From NCBI GenBank assembly GCA_964194645.1, contig CAXMNF010000001.1:1-52729 (forward strand): a DNA stretch of 52,729 bases, in the 5' to 3' direction. The notes under the pieces are model-generated. The model saw nothing but the letters and a program-made list of their open reading frames with translations. It was not told the origin of the DNA and ran no database searches. Made by a program: the position numbers and the translations under genes. Source of the stretch: an uncultured Gammaproteobacteria bacterium (GTDB lineage Bacteria; Myxococcota_A; UBA9160; SZUA-336). The number at the start of each line of letters is the position of its first letter. Positions within the stretch are counted from its first letter, which is position 1. Positions 1 to 8,537 of this stretch are shown one piece after another.

Positions 1-1164
1 CCGATCGCCGCGCTCCGCAAGCGGCTCATCGCCCCGCCGGCCGCGGCGGCGCCGGCCCCGGCGGCGCGGGCGCTCGCCCTCTGGCCGCGCCTCGGCCGGC
101 GTGTCGACAGAAGTGTCGATCGCCCGGGTCTCGACACTCACCCCGGCGCTTTCGAGCAAGGAGCGGGCGTTGCCGTCCAGCTGTTCGGTCGCCAGAACGA
201 GGCGCGCCGGACCACCCGCGCCGGGCGTCCAGACCTGCGGCTCGGCGCGCAGCCGCTCGAGTCCCGCCAGGATTCGCGGCACGTCCGCCAACCCGACCGA
301 CGCGAGCACTACCCCGAGCACGGGACGGCCCTCGGGATCGATCCCGGCCCAGTCGCAGGGAGCGGAGCCCTCGGCGTTCCAGGGAATCGAACGCGCGGTG
401 ACGCTGACGCGCGCCGCGCGGGCGGCGCGTTCGGCGGCCAGCTCGGCGTGCTCTTCCGGGCGCCCCAGCAGACGCGGGTCCTGCGCCAGTGCGAGCACGG
501 CTTCGTGCAGCTCCACGCCCCAGCGCGAGAAGTTCTGGTCGGTCACGTGCACGTTGCGCTTCTCGGGAGCCAGGAACGTGACGGAGATGCCGTCGCCCTC
601 GGCCTCGACACGCAGCGCGCGCATGCCGCGCGCGTACAACACGTAGCCGTCGCCGGCGCGGCGCAGCGCACCGATCGAGCTCGCGGCAGCCGCTCCGTCG
701 ATCACGCGCAGCACGCGGGCGAGCACGGACTGGGTATCGGCACCGGCCCCAGCGGCCGGGTAATGCTCCTTCACGAAACTCGCCTGCGCCTCGTCGGCCA
801 GGCGCGGCGCGGCCAGCAGGGAGAGCCGCAGCCCGCGCGCCGCTGCAGCGCGCGCCGCGCGGTGCGTTGCCTGGGCAAAGGCCGGGGCCGCGACCAGCGC
901 CTCGCGCGCGCCACCCGCATCGAGAGTGAGCGCCAGGCGGGCCCAGCCGATCAGGTCAAGGCCATCGCGGGGACTCGCCACCACGACCACTGGGCGCTTG
1001 TCGCCGAGCGTGCCCGCTACCAGGTCGAGCTCGTCCGGCGTGCCCTCGGGGCGGTCCAGGGGGCGCAGGTCGCGCAGGCCAAGCTCCTTGTAGTCGCGCA
1101 GGCGCTCGGCGAGTCGGCCACCCTGCCCGCGGCCTCGCCCCCGGCGAAATCTTCTCCTGAACAT
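1..1164 (-). CDS. Hypothetical protein; N-terminus in window, 3' end runs off the left edge (388 codons open, no stop)
   Basis: Not in the ORF track because it has no stop in the window. My own translation from ATG (complement of 1162..1164) reads MFRRRFRRGRGRGQGGRLAERLRDYKELGLRDLRPLDRPEG... and stays open to base 1. Strong G/C third-position bias. GGAGGA Shine-Dalgarno lies 3 nt upstream. The overlapping plus-strand track ORFs (101..646, 448..1290) have Arg/Ala/Ser/Pro junk composition. Confidence 0.6.
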   Translation of the reverse strand, partial: MFRRRFRRGRGRGQGGRLAERLRDYKELGLRDLRPLDRPEGTPDELDLVAGTLGDKRPVVVVASPRDGLDLIGWARLALTLDAGGAREALVAAPAFAQATHRAARAAAARGLRLSLLAAPRLADEAQASFVKEHYPAAGAGADTQSVLARVLRVIDGAAAASSIGALRRAGDGYVLYARGMRALRVEAEGDGISVTFLAPEKRNVHVTDQNFSRWGVELHEAVLALAQDPRLLGRPEEHAELAAERAARAARVSVTARSIPWNAEGSAPCDWAGIDPEGRPVLGVVLASVGLADVPRILAGLERLRAEPQVWTPGAGGPARLVLATEQLDGNARSLLESAGVSVETRAIDTSVDTPAEARPEGERPRRRGRRRRGRRGDEPLAERGDR

Positions 1165-1286
1165 GATCCTCCCCCGGGACGCGCGAGCCCCTCGGGGGCG
1201 CGTCCTCCTGGCGCAACGGTGACAAACTCTGGCGCCTGCGCCAAACGGAAGGCGCCGGCCCAGCCCGGCTTGGGTCGGGCGCCGGC

Positions 1287-2345
1287 CTAGCCCGGCTCGA
1301 TCAACCGGCCGCTCTCCTCCTCGGCCTGCTCCCGGCCTGCGATCTCGAGCGAGAGCTCGAGCGACTGGCGCAGGAACGCGAGCTCGAGGGGCGCCGCGTC
1401 GGAACGCAGCTGCTCCGCGAGCGCCAAGAGCGCCGCAACGCCCTCTGCGTCCTGCCTCGCCTTCAGGCAGACCGCCACCTCCTCGCAGCGCCCGGCCAGG
1501 CGCTCGCGTGTTGGCGCATTGAAGATGGCCGGGGCCTTGCTCGCCTCCAGCGCGCGCTGGCGCTCGAGTCGCTGCACCTCGGACAACACCAGCGGACTCT
1601 GCTCGGCCGCCGTTCGCGCGCGCGCCAGCTCGCGCAGCGCCTCGCCGAGGACCGGCCAGACCGGCAGCCTGCCGGACGCGACCAGCTCGCCAATCCGCTC
1701 GTCCACCCGCGCGGGCTCGAGGCGCGGGGCCTGCCACTCCTCGCGCAGCCGCTCGCCCGGCGTGCGCTGCGACGCCTTGCGCGTGAGTTCGGCGAGCTCA
1801 CTCGGCAGCAACTCGTCCGAGCCGCTCGATGTGGCGGCACGCGCGACCAGCGCCAGGGCCTCGCCGGCCGGCACCGCGACCAGCGCCCCCTTGTGACGGT
1901 CGCGCAGCGAGCGCAGCAGGCGCCGCGCCTCGCGTGCGGGTCCGTCGCGCGGCGTGACGCCCAGCACGCCCTGTTCGTCGGAGATGCCGATCTCGTAGAG
2001 CGTCGCGCGGCTGCGGTGCGGCACCAGCAGCAGTACCGCGCGGCGTCCGAGCGCATCGATCGGCGCCACCCAGCCCTCGATCTCGCGGCCGGCGACGCGT
2101 GGCAGGGCTGCCTGGTGGCCCTGCCGCTCGTCGCGCGCCAGCTTGATGCCCTGCGACTCGAGCCGGTGCAGCGCGCGACGCACCTGCTTGCGGACCTCGC
2201 GGCTGCCTGAGTCGCGCTCGAGCTTCAGCAGCACGGGAGCGGCCTCCGCGCCGCGGACCAGCAACTCAGAGAGGGCCTGGTCGAGGGCCGAGGGATCGCG
2301 CTCGAACAGGGCCTCGGCGCGTTCGGCATCGAGCGGTTCAGACAT
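1287..2345 (-). CDS. Hypothetical protein, 352 aa, no family recognised
   Basis: Track ORF with protein-like Leu/Glu/Ala/Arg-rich helical composition. The ATG at 2343..2345 overlaps the upstream dGTPase-like stop (2338..2340) by 8 nt, which suggests translational coupling. Confidence 0.7.
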   Translation of the reverse strand: MSEPLDAERAEALFERDPSALDQALSELLVRGAEAAPVLLKLERDSGSREVRKQVRRALHRLESQGIKLARDERQGHQAALPRVAGREIEGWVAPIDALGRRAVLLLVPHRSRATLYEIGISDEQGVLGVTPRDGPAREARRLLRSLRDRHKGALVAVPAGEALALVARAATSSGSDELLPSELAELTRKASQRTPGERLREEWQAPRLEPARVDERIGELVASGRLPVWPVLGEALRELARARTAAEQSPLVLSEVQRLERQRALEASKAPAIFNAPTRERLAGRCEEVAVCLKARQDAEGVAALLALAEQLRSDAAPLELAFLRQSLELSLEIAGREQAEEESGRLIEPG

Positions 2346-3474
2346 GCGCGTGCGGGTCGAACAGCTTGCGGTGTTCGTCCATTGCGAAACGGTCGGTCAT
2401 GCCGGCCAGGTAGTCCGCGATCGCGCGCTCGCGCGGCTCGCCCTCGGGCCGCTCCAGCGCGTGCGGCGGCAGCAGACGCGGGTCTCCCTCGTAGGCCGTC
2501 CAGAGATCGCGCAGCATCCGTTCGGCCTTCGCGCCCATCCGAACCACCTGGTGGTGGCGGTAGAGCCGCTCCATCAGGAACTCCGCGAGTTCCGCCTTGG
2601 CCGCCGCCATCTCCCCGGAGAAGTCGATCAGCCGCTCGCTCGAGGCGCGCACCGCGTCGCTCGAAGCGACCCTGCTTCGCTGCAGGCGCTCGCTCGACGC
2701 CTCGCACAGGTCGGTGGCCAACAGGTCGATCAGCGCGGAGATCACGCGCGGAGGCTCGGCGTCGGACCCGGCGCGCTCCTGCGCCCGCCGCCACAGCGAC
2801 AGCTCGCGCAGGTCCGCCTGTGCGAGCAGCCTGGAGCGCAGCCCGTCATCGATGTCGTGGTTGTGATAGGCGATGTCGTCCGCCAGGTTCGCGATCTGCG
2901 CCTCCGGGCCGGGCGAGTTGCCGAGCTCGGGAACCGCCACGGGGTGCGAGTAGCGCGGGTACTCGGCTCCGTGTTTCAGGATCCCGGCGCGCGTCTCCTC
3001 GCTGAGATTGAGCCCGCGGTAGCGTCCCGAGCGGTGCTCGAGCCAGTCGACCAGACGCAGGCTCTGGCGGTTGTGCTCGAAGCCGCCCTGTGGCTCGAGC
3101 AGCCGGTGCAGGGCACGCTCCCCCGAGTGTCCGAACGGCGTGTGGCCCATGTCGTGGGCCAGCACGATCGCCTCGGTCAGATCCTCGTTGCAACCCAGGG
3201 CGCGCGCCACGGTGCGCGCGATCTGCGCGCCTTCCAGCGTGTGCGTCAGCCGGTTCCGGAAATGGTCGCCCTCGTGGTAGATGAACACCTGCGTCTTGTA
3301 CTGCAAGCGGCGGAACGCGGTGGAGTGCAGGATGCGATCGCGATCGCGCTGGAAGGCCGTGCGGTACGGGTGCTCCGGTTCGCGGTAGACACGACCCCGG
3401 GACGCGCGCGCGCGCGAGCCCCAGGCGGCGAGGCGCTGGTCCTCTCCCTTCTCGATCTCGTCGCGCTGCCGCAC
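2338..3474 (-). CDS. dgt: dGTPase-like HD-domain deoxynucleoside triphosphate triphosphohydrolase
   Basis: Conserved block YRTAFQRDRDRILHSTAFRRLQYKTQVF...NRLTHTLEGAQIAR...LAHDMGHTPFGHSGE. I trimmed the track ORF (2338..3642) to the in-frame GTG at 3472..3474, which sits 1 nt after the stop of the upstream small gene. Confidence 0.85.
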   Translation of the reverse strand: MRQRDEIEKGEDQRLAAWGSRARASRGRVYREPEHPYRTAFQRDRDRILHSTAFRRLQYKTQVFIYHEGDHFRNRLTHTLEGAQIARTVARALGCNEDLTEAIVLAHDMGHTPFGHSGERALHRLLEPQGGFEHNRQSLRLVDWLEHRSGRYRGLNLSEETRAGILKHGAEYPRYSHPVAVPELGNSPGPEAQIANLADDIAYHNHDIDDGLRSRLLAQADLRELSLWRRAQERAGSDAEPPRVISALIDLLATDLCEASSERLQRSRVASSDAVRASSERLIDFSGEMAAAKAELAEFLMERLYRHHQVVRMGAKAERMLRDLWTAYEGDPRLLPPHALERPEGEPRERAIADYLAGMTDRFAMDEHRKLFDPHAHV

Positions 3475-3475
3475 G

Positions 3476-3775
3476 CTAGTCGCGCAAACGCTGTTCGACG
3501 AGCTGGTCGAGACTTTCGCGATCCTCGTCCGTGAGCTTCTCGTCCGGAGCGGAGTCGCGTCGCGGCGCGGCCGCCACCGGGGGGCGCTTCCGGTCGCCGC
3601 TGGCTCGCACCATGCGTTCGCCCAGGGCACGTGCCGTGTCACGCGCGGCCGCGCGAATCTCCAGCGGCTCGCGCACGCGCAGACTCAGGGTGCGGTTTTC
3701 GGGGGACCAGGTCGGGGCGATCCAGACCGCCAGCAAGGCGGCCAGGAGCAGCACTACGAAGGTCCTCAGCAGCAC
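3476..3775 (-). CDS. Small N-terminally membrane-anchored protein, 99 aa, unknown function
   Basis: Hydrophobic N-terminus LLRTFVVLLLAALLAVWIAP followed by a charged tail. GTG start with GGAGGG 4 nt upstream. First gene of the dgt-containing unit. Confidence 0.6.
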   Translation of the reverse strand: MLLRTFVVLLLAALLAVWIAPTWSPENRTLSLRVREPLEIRAAARDTARALGERMVRASGDRKRPPVAAAPRRDSAPDEKLTDEDRESLDQLVEQRLRD

Positions 3776-3845
3776 AGGCCCTCCACGCGGTCCGCTTCGC
3801 GCAGCCGCCGCGTCGAGGGTAGCTACCTGCGTGTGCGTCTGCCCG

Positions 3846-3851
3846 TATAAT
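3846..3851 (+). promoter_or_regulatory. Candidate -10 box TATAAT 9 nt upstream of the aminotransferase GTG (possible leaderless or near-leaderless mRNA)
   Basis: Perfect TATAAT hexamer in otherwise GC-rich DNA. No Shine-Dalgarno between it and GTG 3861. The -35 region is poor (CTACCT). Confidence 0.3.
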
Positions 3852-3860
3852 CCCGGTCCC

Positions 3861-4952
3861 GTGAGCGACCTTCAAGAGCGCCTGCTGCTCGGCCCCGGCC
3901 CGAGCAACCTGTCCGCGGCAGTTCGCACGGCCCTGGCGCGCCCCATGATCGGCCACCTCGACCCAGACTTCCTGGCGCTGCTCGACCGGCTGCAAGAACG
4001 GCTCGCCGAACTGTTCCGCCTCGGCGATGGACTCGCGCTGCCAATCTCGGGCACGGGCAGCGCCGGCATGGAGGCCTGCCTGGTGAACCTGCTCGAGCCG
4101 GGCGATCGGGCGCTGGTCGCGGTCCAGGGCGTGTTCGGCGAGCGCATCTGCGCGATCGTCGAGCGCGCGGGTGCACAGCCGCTGCGCGTCGAAGCCGAGA
4201 TGGGCCAGATCATCGAGCCCGAGCGGCTGGTCGAGGCAATCAAGCGCGAGCGTCCGGCCTTGGTCGCGCTCGTTCACGCGGAGACCTCGACGGGCGTGGC
4301 GCAGCCCGTGCTCGAGGCGGCGAGCGCGACGCGCGAGGTGGGCGGCCTGGTGGTGCTCGACTGCGTCACGTCGCTCTCGGGCATGGACGTGCGCTTCGAC
4401 GACTGGTGTATCGACGCGGCCTACTCGGGCACGCAGAAGTGCCTGTCCGCCCCGCCCGGCCTGTCTCCGCTGGCCCTCGGGCCGCGAGCGCTCGAGCGCC
4501 TGGCGCGGCGCAAGAGCCCCGTGCAGAGCTGGTATCTCGACCTGACCCTGATCGGCCGGTACTTCGGCTCGGAGCGCGTGTACCACCACACCGCGCCCGT
4601 CAGCATGATCTACGCGCTCGACGCAAGCCTCGACGCGGTGCAGCGCGAGGGCCTCGAGCCGCGGTTCGCGCGCCACCAGCAGGCGCACGAGGCGCTGATC
4701 GCCGGCCTGCAGGAGCTCGGCTTCGAGCCGCTGGTAGCGGCGCCCCACCGCCTACCGATGCTGAACGCCGTGCTGCCGCCTTACGGCGACGAGGCCACGC
4801 TGCGCGGCCGCCTGCTCGCCGAACACGGCATCGAAGTCGGCGGCGGGCTGGGGAAGCTCGCCGGGCGCGTGTGGCGCATCGGGCTGATGGGCGAGAACGC
4901 CCGGCTCGAGGTGGTGGAGCGGCTGCTCGAGGCGTTGCGCGCGCTCGCCTAG
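3861..4952 (+). CDS. Class V PLP-dependent aminotransferase (serine-pyruvate / alanine-glyoxylate aminotransferase type)
   Basis: LLLGPGPSNL N-terminal motif, YSGTQKC PLP-lysine motif, and ...WRIGLMGENA C-terminal motif. Only the 3' part of track ORF 3531..4952 is protein-like. Start set at GTG 3861; an in-frame GTG at 3831 is an alternative. Its stop overlaps the convergent gene's stop within CTAG at 4949..4952. Confidence 0.85.
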   Translation: MSDLQERLLLGPGPSNLSAAVRTALARPMIGHLDPDFLALLDRLQERLAELFRLGDGLALPISGTGSAGMEACLVNLLEPGDRALVAVQGVFGERICAIVERAGAQPLRVEAEMGQIIEPERLVEAIKRERPALVALVHAETSTGVAQPVLEAASATREVGGLVVLDCVTSLSGMDVRFDDWCIDAAYSGTQKCLSAPPGLSPLALGPRALERLARRKSPVQSWYLDLTLIGRYFGSERVYHHTAPVSMIYALDASLDAVQREGLEPRFARHQQAHEALIAGLQELGFEPLVAAPHRLPMLNAVLPPYGDEATLRGRLLAEHGIEVGGGLGKLAGRVWRIGLMGENARLEVVERLLEALRALA

Positions 4953-6904
4953 TCGGCGGCCGCGGCGTATGTCTCGAAGCTCGGGTCGACGCTGATGCCG
5001 CCGAGGCTCACGGCTAGGTGGGCCTGCAAGGGGACCCAGCGGTCGATCTGCAGCCAGTAGCCGATCGGGATCACCAGCGAGGCCTGCGGGCCGCTGCGGC
5101 TGAACTCGATCGCGAGCGAAGCGCGGCTGAAGCTGGTGCGCGCGCCGAGCATCACCTCGCCGTCCGTCTCTACCCGCCCAAACAGCGAGCCGCTCAGCAT
5201 GCGCTCTCGATCGATGCAGAGCGTATCGGACGGGCAATCGAACTGTGCTCGGCCGAAGCCGCGGTCCAGCGCAAGGCGTCCATCCTCGCGCGCCAACTGG
5301 ACGGAGCCCGGGACCTCTGCGCCATCGGTCAACAGCAGCTGCTGAATGCTGCCAAGCGCGGCCACGCCGCGCGGCGACCACGGCTCGGCAACGACCTCCA
5401 GGCCGGCGTCGAGGGCCAACTCCATGCGGCGCACGCCAAGGAGCAGCTCGCGGCGGCTCGCTCCGTGCGGATCGACCGACTGCTGCTGGAGTGCGTGCGA
5501 CAGATCCGCGAGCAGCGCGCGCGCGTGTCTGGCCGCGAGCGGTAGTGCGTCCGGCGCCAGCGAACGCGGTACCAGACGCAGAGCCGGCGCGTCGCCGAGC
5601 GCCGCCTGGAGCGCAGCGCCGTGTGAGATTGTCTCGCTCTCGAGCACCGCACGGGTGAGCAGCAGGGGCTCCGGCGCCAGGCTGCGATAGGCGGTGCGGG
5701 CGCGGGGCAGCACGAAACGCCCGTCGTCCCAGGCTCGGTGGCGCGGGTCGATGGGTGCGCCAACGCGCGCGAGCCAGGCCGCCGCCTCCGCCGCGTGACG
5801 GCCTTCGGGAGCCAGCCGGAGGTAGCCCTGGGCCGCCTCGGTCATCCCCGGGTCCTCGACCTCCCAGCGCCGGTACAGGCGCAGCGGCGTGCTTGTCAGG
5901 TTCGACACGGACAGCGACTTGCGCCACGCCCGAGCGCTGTCGCGCGACAACTCGAAGCCCGACGCGGACAGGCGCTCCCCGCCGAGCCAGCCGAGCGCCC
6001 GGCGCGTTCCGTACCGGCGGCGAGCGCGTTCGAACTCGCTCTCGATGCGCTCTTCCGGGCTGTCGCTCCAGCGGCGCGCAAGCTTGCCGACCGAGCCATT
6101 TTCGGCGCCCAGACGTTCGAGTCTGGCGCGGGCGCGCTCGTGTTCGCCGGACAGATGCTCGGCAACGGCCCGGGCCAACCGGGCGTCGGGCTCGTCTCGC
6201 TCGAACTCCGCGGCGCGCTCGTATTTCTCGGCGAGCAGGGCCAGCGCGAGGCCAGCCTCCCAGTCGCGCACTGGCGGCGCGTGCTGCTCGGGCTCCGGTT
6301 CCCCCCGCCGGGCGGAGAGCTCGAGAAGCTCAGCGGCACGGACGGAATCCGGGTCGAGCGCCAGCCAGCGCTTGGCGCGCAGACCCGCGAGGCGCAACTC
6401 GCCCGCCTCGAAGGCGCTCTCCGCACCCTGGATCCTGCGTTCGAGGCGCTCGCCGCGCTCGCGCTCGAGCAGCTTCGCGTGGCGTTCGAGGAGCAAGGGG
6501 GTGGCCATGTCGGTGGCGATCGCCGACTCGAGCAGGTCCAGCGCCTGGTCCTCCGCAGCCGAGCGCTCACGCAGCCGGACCACCTGACGCGCCACCTTCA
6601 CCGCGTTCTTCGCCGCCTTCGACGGCGAAGCGCCCTGCGCGAGCTTCCAGCCGGTCGCGAGCAAGGTGCTGGTCAGGGAGCGCATGCGGCGGCGCTGCTC
6701 GCTGCGCAGAACCGCGTCGGCAGCGTCCAGCCGCTCCTCGCCACTGAGCGGGGCGCGCTCCGCGAGCACGGCCGCCAGCTCGGCCGCAGTCGGCTGGCCC
6801 GCGTGCGCGTCGCTCTGCAGGAGCAGCACCAGCAGTCCTGCGGCCGCGGCGACCGCGACCACCCACACGCCGACGCGCCCGGCGTCGTTGCGCCTAGCGA
6901 ACAT
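4949..6904 (-). CDS. Exported hypothetical protein, 651 aa (signal or anchor peptide, helical Arg/Glu-rich N-half, beta-like C-half)
   Basis: Track ORF 4949..7111 trimmed to ATG 6902..6904 (MFARRNDAGRVGVWVVAVAAAAGLLVLLLQSDAHAG...). This start overlaps the upstream lipoprotein gene end by 11 nt. No family recognised. Confidence 0.65.
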   Translation of the reverse strand: MFARRNDAGRVGVWVVAVAAAAGLLVLLLQSDAHAGQPTAAELAAVLAERAPLSGEERLDAADAVLRSEQRRRMRSLTSTLLATGWKLAQGASPSKAAKNAVKVARQVVRLRERSAAEDQALDLLESAIATDMATPLLLERHAKLLERERGERLERRIQGAESAFEAGELRLAGLRAKRWLALDPDSVRAAELLELSARRGEPEPEQHAPPVRDWEAGLALALLAEKYERAAEFERDEPDARLARAVAEHLSGEHERARARLERLGAENGSVGKLARRWSDSPEERIESEFERARRRYGTRRALGWLGGERLSASGFELSRDSARAWRKSLSVSNLTSTPLRLYRRWEVEDPGMTEAAQGYLRLAPEGRHAAEAAAWLARVGAPIDPRHRAWDDGRFVLPRARTAYRSLAPEPLLLTRAVLESETISHGAALQAALGDAPALRLVPRSLAPDALPLAARHARALLADLSHALQQQSVDPHGASRRELLLGVRRMELALDAGLEVVAEPWSPRGVAALGSIQQLLLTDGAEVPGSVQLAREDGRLALDRGFGRAQFDCPSDTLCIDRERMLSGSLFGRVETDGEVMLGARTSFSRASLAIEFSRSGPQASLVIPIGYWLQIDRWVPLQAHLAVSLGGISVDPSFETYAAAAD

Positions 6905-7796
6905 CGGACACCATGCGGCGCTGCGCCGCGAGTAGCGCGTCGATCTTCTTGGCCGCCTCGGCGCGCAGCCCCGGCCGGCGCTCCTCTCCGGCCAGCTCGT
7001 AGGCCGCAAAGGCTCCGTCCAGCAGCCCGTCGTAGCGCGCGGTGTCGAGGGCCTTCTGCTCGACCCGCGAGCGCAGGTGCTCGCGCCGCGCGGCCTCTGC
7101 ATGAAGATCACCGAGCCGGAGCAGGTGGCGCGCGTGCAGCTTCGAAGTCCGATGCCGCTCGATCAAGAGCTGCGCCGCCTCGATCGCCTCTTGGGCGGAG
7201 CGCCGGCGCAGCAGCGCGTCGACCCGCAGCATCGACCAGGCTTCAAGCTCCTCGAGCGCGAGCGGCTCGTAGGACTCGCCGCTCAGCTGCCTCGCCAGGG
7301 CGTCCCAGCCAGAAACGCGCGCGTCGAGCCACTCGATCTCCCGCTCTCCCGAGGCGTGTGGCTCGGCGGGCGGGCCCGAGTGTTCGGCAAAGCGGGTCAT
7401 GACGGCGACTGCTTCCGCGGCCCGGCCCGCCACCAGCGAGCCGACCTGCGCGACCCTCCGATAGGAGGCCATCGCCTCCAGGTAGCGGCGCGACCGCTCG
7501 AGCGCCCGGGCGCGGGCGTACTCGATCACGATGTCGACGCTGCCCCACTGGTCCTGCGGCACCGCGCGCTGGGACTGGAGTCGCTCGAGCCGAGAAAGAG
7601 CCTGCTGGAACACGTCGCGGCCGTCGCCACTCCGCGCGCGGAACGCGCGATAGGTGTCGTCGCGCAGGTGCATCTGCAGCTCCGTGACGATCAAGGTGAG
7701 GCTGTGATCGGGGCGCTCGGCTACGGGCGGGCCAGCCGTCTGGCAGGCGGCCAGCGGGAGCAGCGGCAGCAGGAGAGCGGCAACAGGAAGGCGCAC
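6894..7796 (-). CDS. Lipoprotein of unknown function, 300 aa, helical and TPR-like
   Basis: N-terminus (GTG)RLPVAALLLPLLPLAAC with lipobox L-A-A-C. The rest is helical and Arg/Glu/Ala/Leu-rich. Confidence 0.7.
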   Translation of the reverse strand: MRLPVAALLLPLLPLAACQTAGPPVAERPDHSLTLIVTELQMHLRDDTYRAFRARSGDGRDVFQQALSRLERLQSQRAVPQDQWGSVDIVIEYARARALERSRRYLEAMASYRRVAQVGSLVAGRAAEAVAVMTRFAEHSGPPAEPHASGEREIEWLDARVSGWDALARQLSGESYEPLALEELEAWSMLRVDALLRRRSAQEAIEAAQLLIERHRTSKLHARHLLRLGDLHAEAARREHLRSRVEQKALDTARYDGLLDGAFAAYELAGEERRPGLRAEAAKKIDALLAAQRRMVSDVR

Positions 7797-7888
7797 GGGC
7801 GAGCATGGCTGCAGGTGACGGGCCCATGGGCAACTGGCGCGGGAAGTGCGCGATTCCCGGTTGCCCGGAGCGGCTCAGGTGCGAAACG

Positions 7889-7907
7889 GGTTGCGCGCCG
7901 CGCAACC
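7889..7907 (-). terminator. GC hairpin directly after the stop of the 176-aa gene (candidate terminator with weak U tract)
   Basis: GGTTGCGC-GGC-GCGCAACC on the minus strand (8-bp perfect stem) abuts the TAA at 7908..7910 and is followed by CGUUUCG. Confidence 0.35.
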
Positions 7908-8438
7908 TTACTCGTCGTTGCCGGTGCCACGCCAGCTATCCGGGACGCTGGCCAGGGACGCCTCGACCTCCAGGTCGCGCAGGCGATCCTGTGCGGCCTC
8001 CAGGGACTGCCGGTCGCGCTTCAGCTGGGCACGCAATTTCAGCACCTCCGGGTCGCTGGGAATTCCGCCGCCCACCGGCGAGAAATTCCACTCGCCGCCC
8101 GAGGCGTCCCGGAGCTGCTGCTGGAGATCCGCGACGCGGCTCTGGAGCTCCGACAGCTCGACTTGCGCCTCGCTGAAGACCTCGTGCCACGCCTCGCGGT
8201 CCCGGCCACCGCGCAATTCCCGGCTCTGGGGCTTGGGACTGCCCTCGAAGCCGCCCCGCGGGCGCAGCAGCGAGTCCAGATCCAACGACGGCTGGCCGGG
8301 CGCCGCGTCGGCCGACGGTTGCGCTCCCGAATCCGGGAGTGCCGAAGGCTCGGCGGCGGGTTCGCGAGTCTGCGCCTGCGCACCCTGGGCAGCAGCCATC
8401 CAGAGCACGCACGCGCCGAGCAGGACAGCTCCGATCAT
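7908..8438 (-). CDS. Secreted coiled-coil protein, 176 aa, unknown function
   Basis: Signal peptide MIGAVLLGACVLWMAAAQGAQAQ, then a Pro/Ala/Ser linker and heptad-like segments (SELQSRVADLQQQLRD, LEAAQDRLRDLEVE). Confidence 0.65.
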   Translation of the reverse strand: MIGAVLLGACVLWMAAAQGAQAQTREPAAEPSALPDSGAQPSADAAPGQPSLDLDSLLRPRGGFEGSPKPQSRELRGGRDREAWHEVFSEAQVELSELQSRVADLQQQLRDASGGEWNFSPVGGGIPSDPEVLKLRAQLKRDRQSLEAAQDRLRDLEVEASLASVPDSWRGTGNDE

Positions 8439-8446
8439 GCGCGCCG

Positions 8447-8452
8447 AGTATA
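8447..8452 (-). promoter_or_regulatory. Candidate -10 box TATACT 8 nt upstream of ATG 8438 (possible leaderless mRNA)
   Basis: Minus strand reads CCC-TATACT-CGGCGCGC-ATG. There is no Shine-Dalgarno and no convincing -35. Confidence 0.3.
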
Positions 8453-8537
8453 GGGCACGGGACCCGTGGCCCCCATCAAGACGGTAACCCCGGAGGCCGA
8501 AGGAATATCTGCGAAAGGCCTCACCTCAGGAAGAACC

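Noticed and set aside
1175-1286. GC hairpins between the 352-aa gene and the left-edge gene (for example GGACGCGC...GCGCGTCC at about 1177..1206)
   Set aside because: The stems are imperfect and bulged, with no U tract, and one sits directly against the next gene's RBS. I cannot tell a terminator from an mRNA-stabilising or incidental GC palindrome.
101-1290. Plus-strand track ORFs 101..646 and 448..1290
   Set aside because: Junk-like Ser/Arg/Ala/Pro composition. The minus strand carries an uninterrupted 388-codon frame with proper codon bias and a GGAGGA-ATG start, so that frame is preferred.
4949-4952. Convergent genes whose stop codons overlap within the palindrome CTAG
   Set aside because: A trivial consequence of TAG being self-overlapping on both strands. 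No hairpin or other signal is associated with it.
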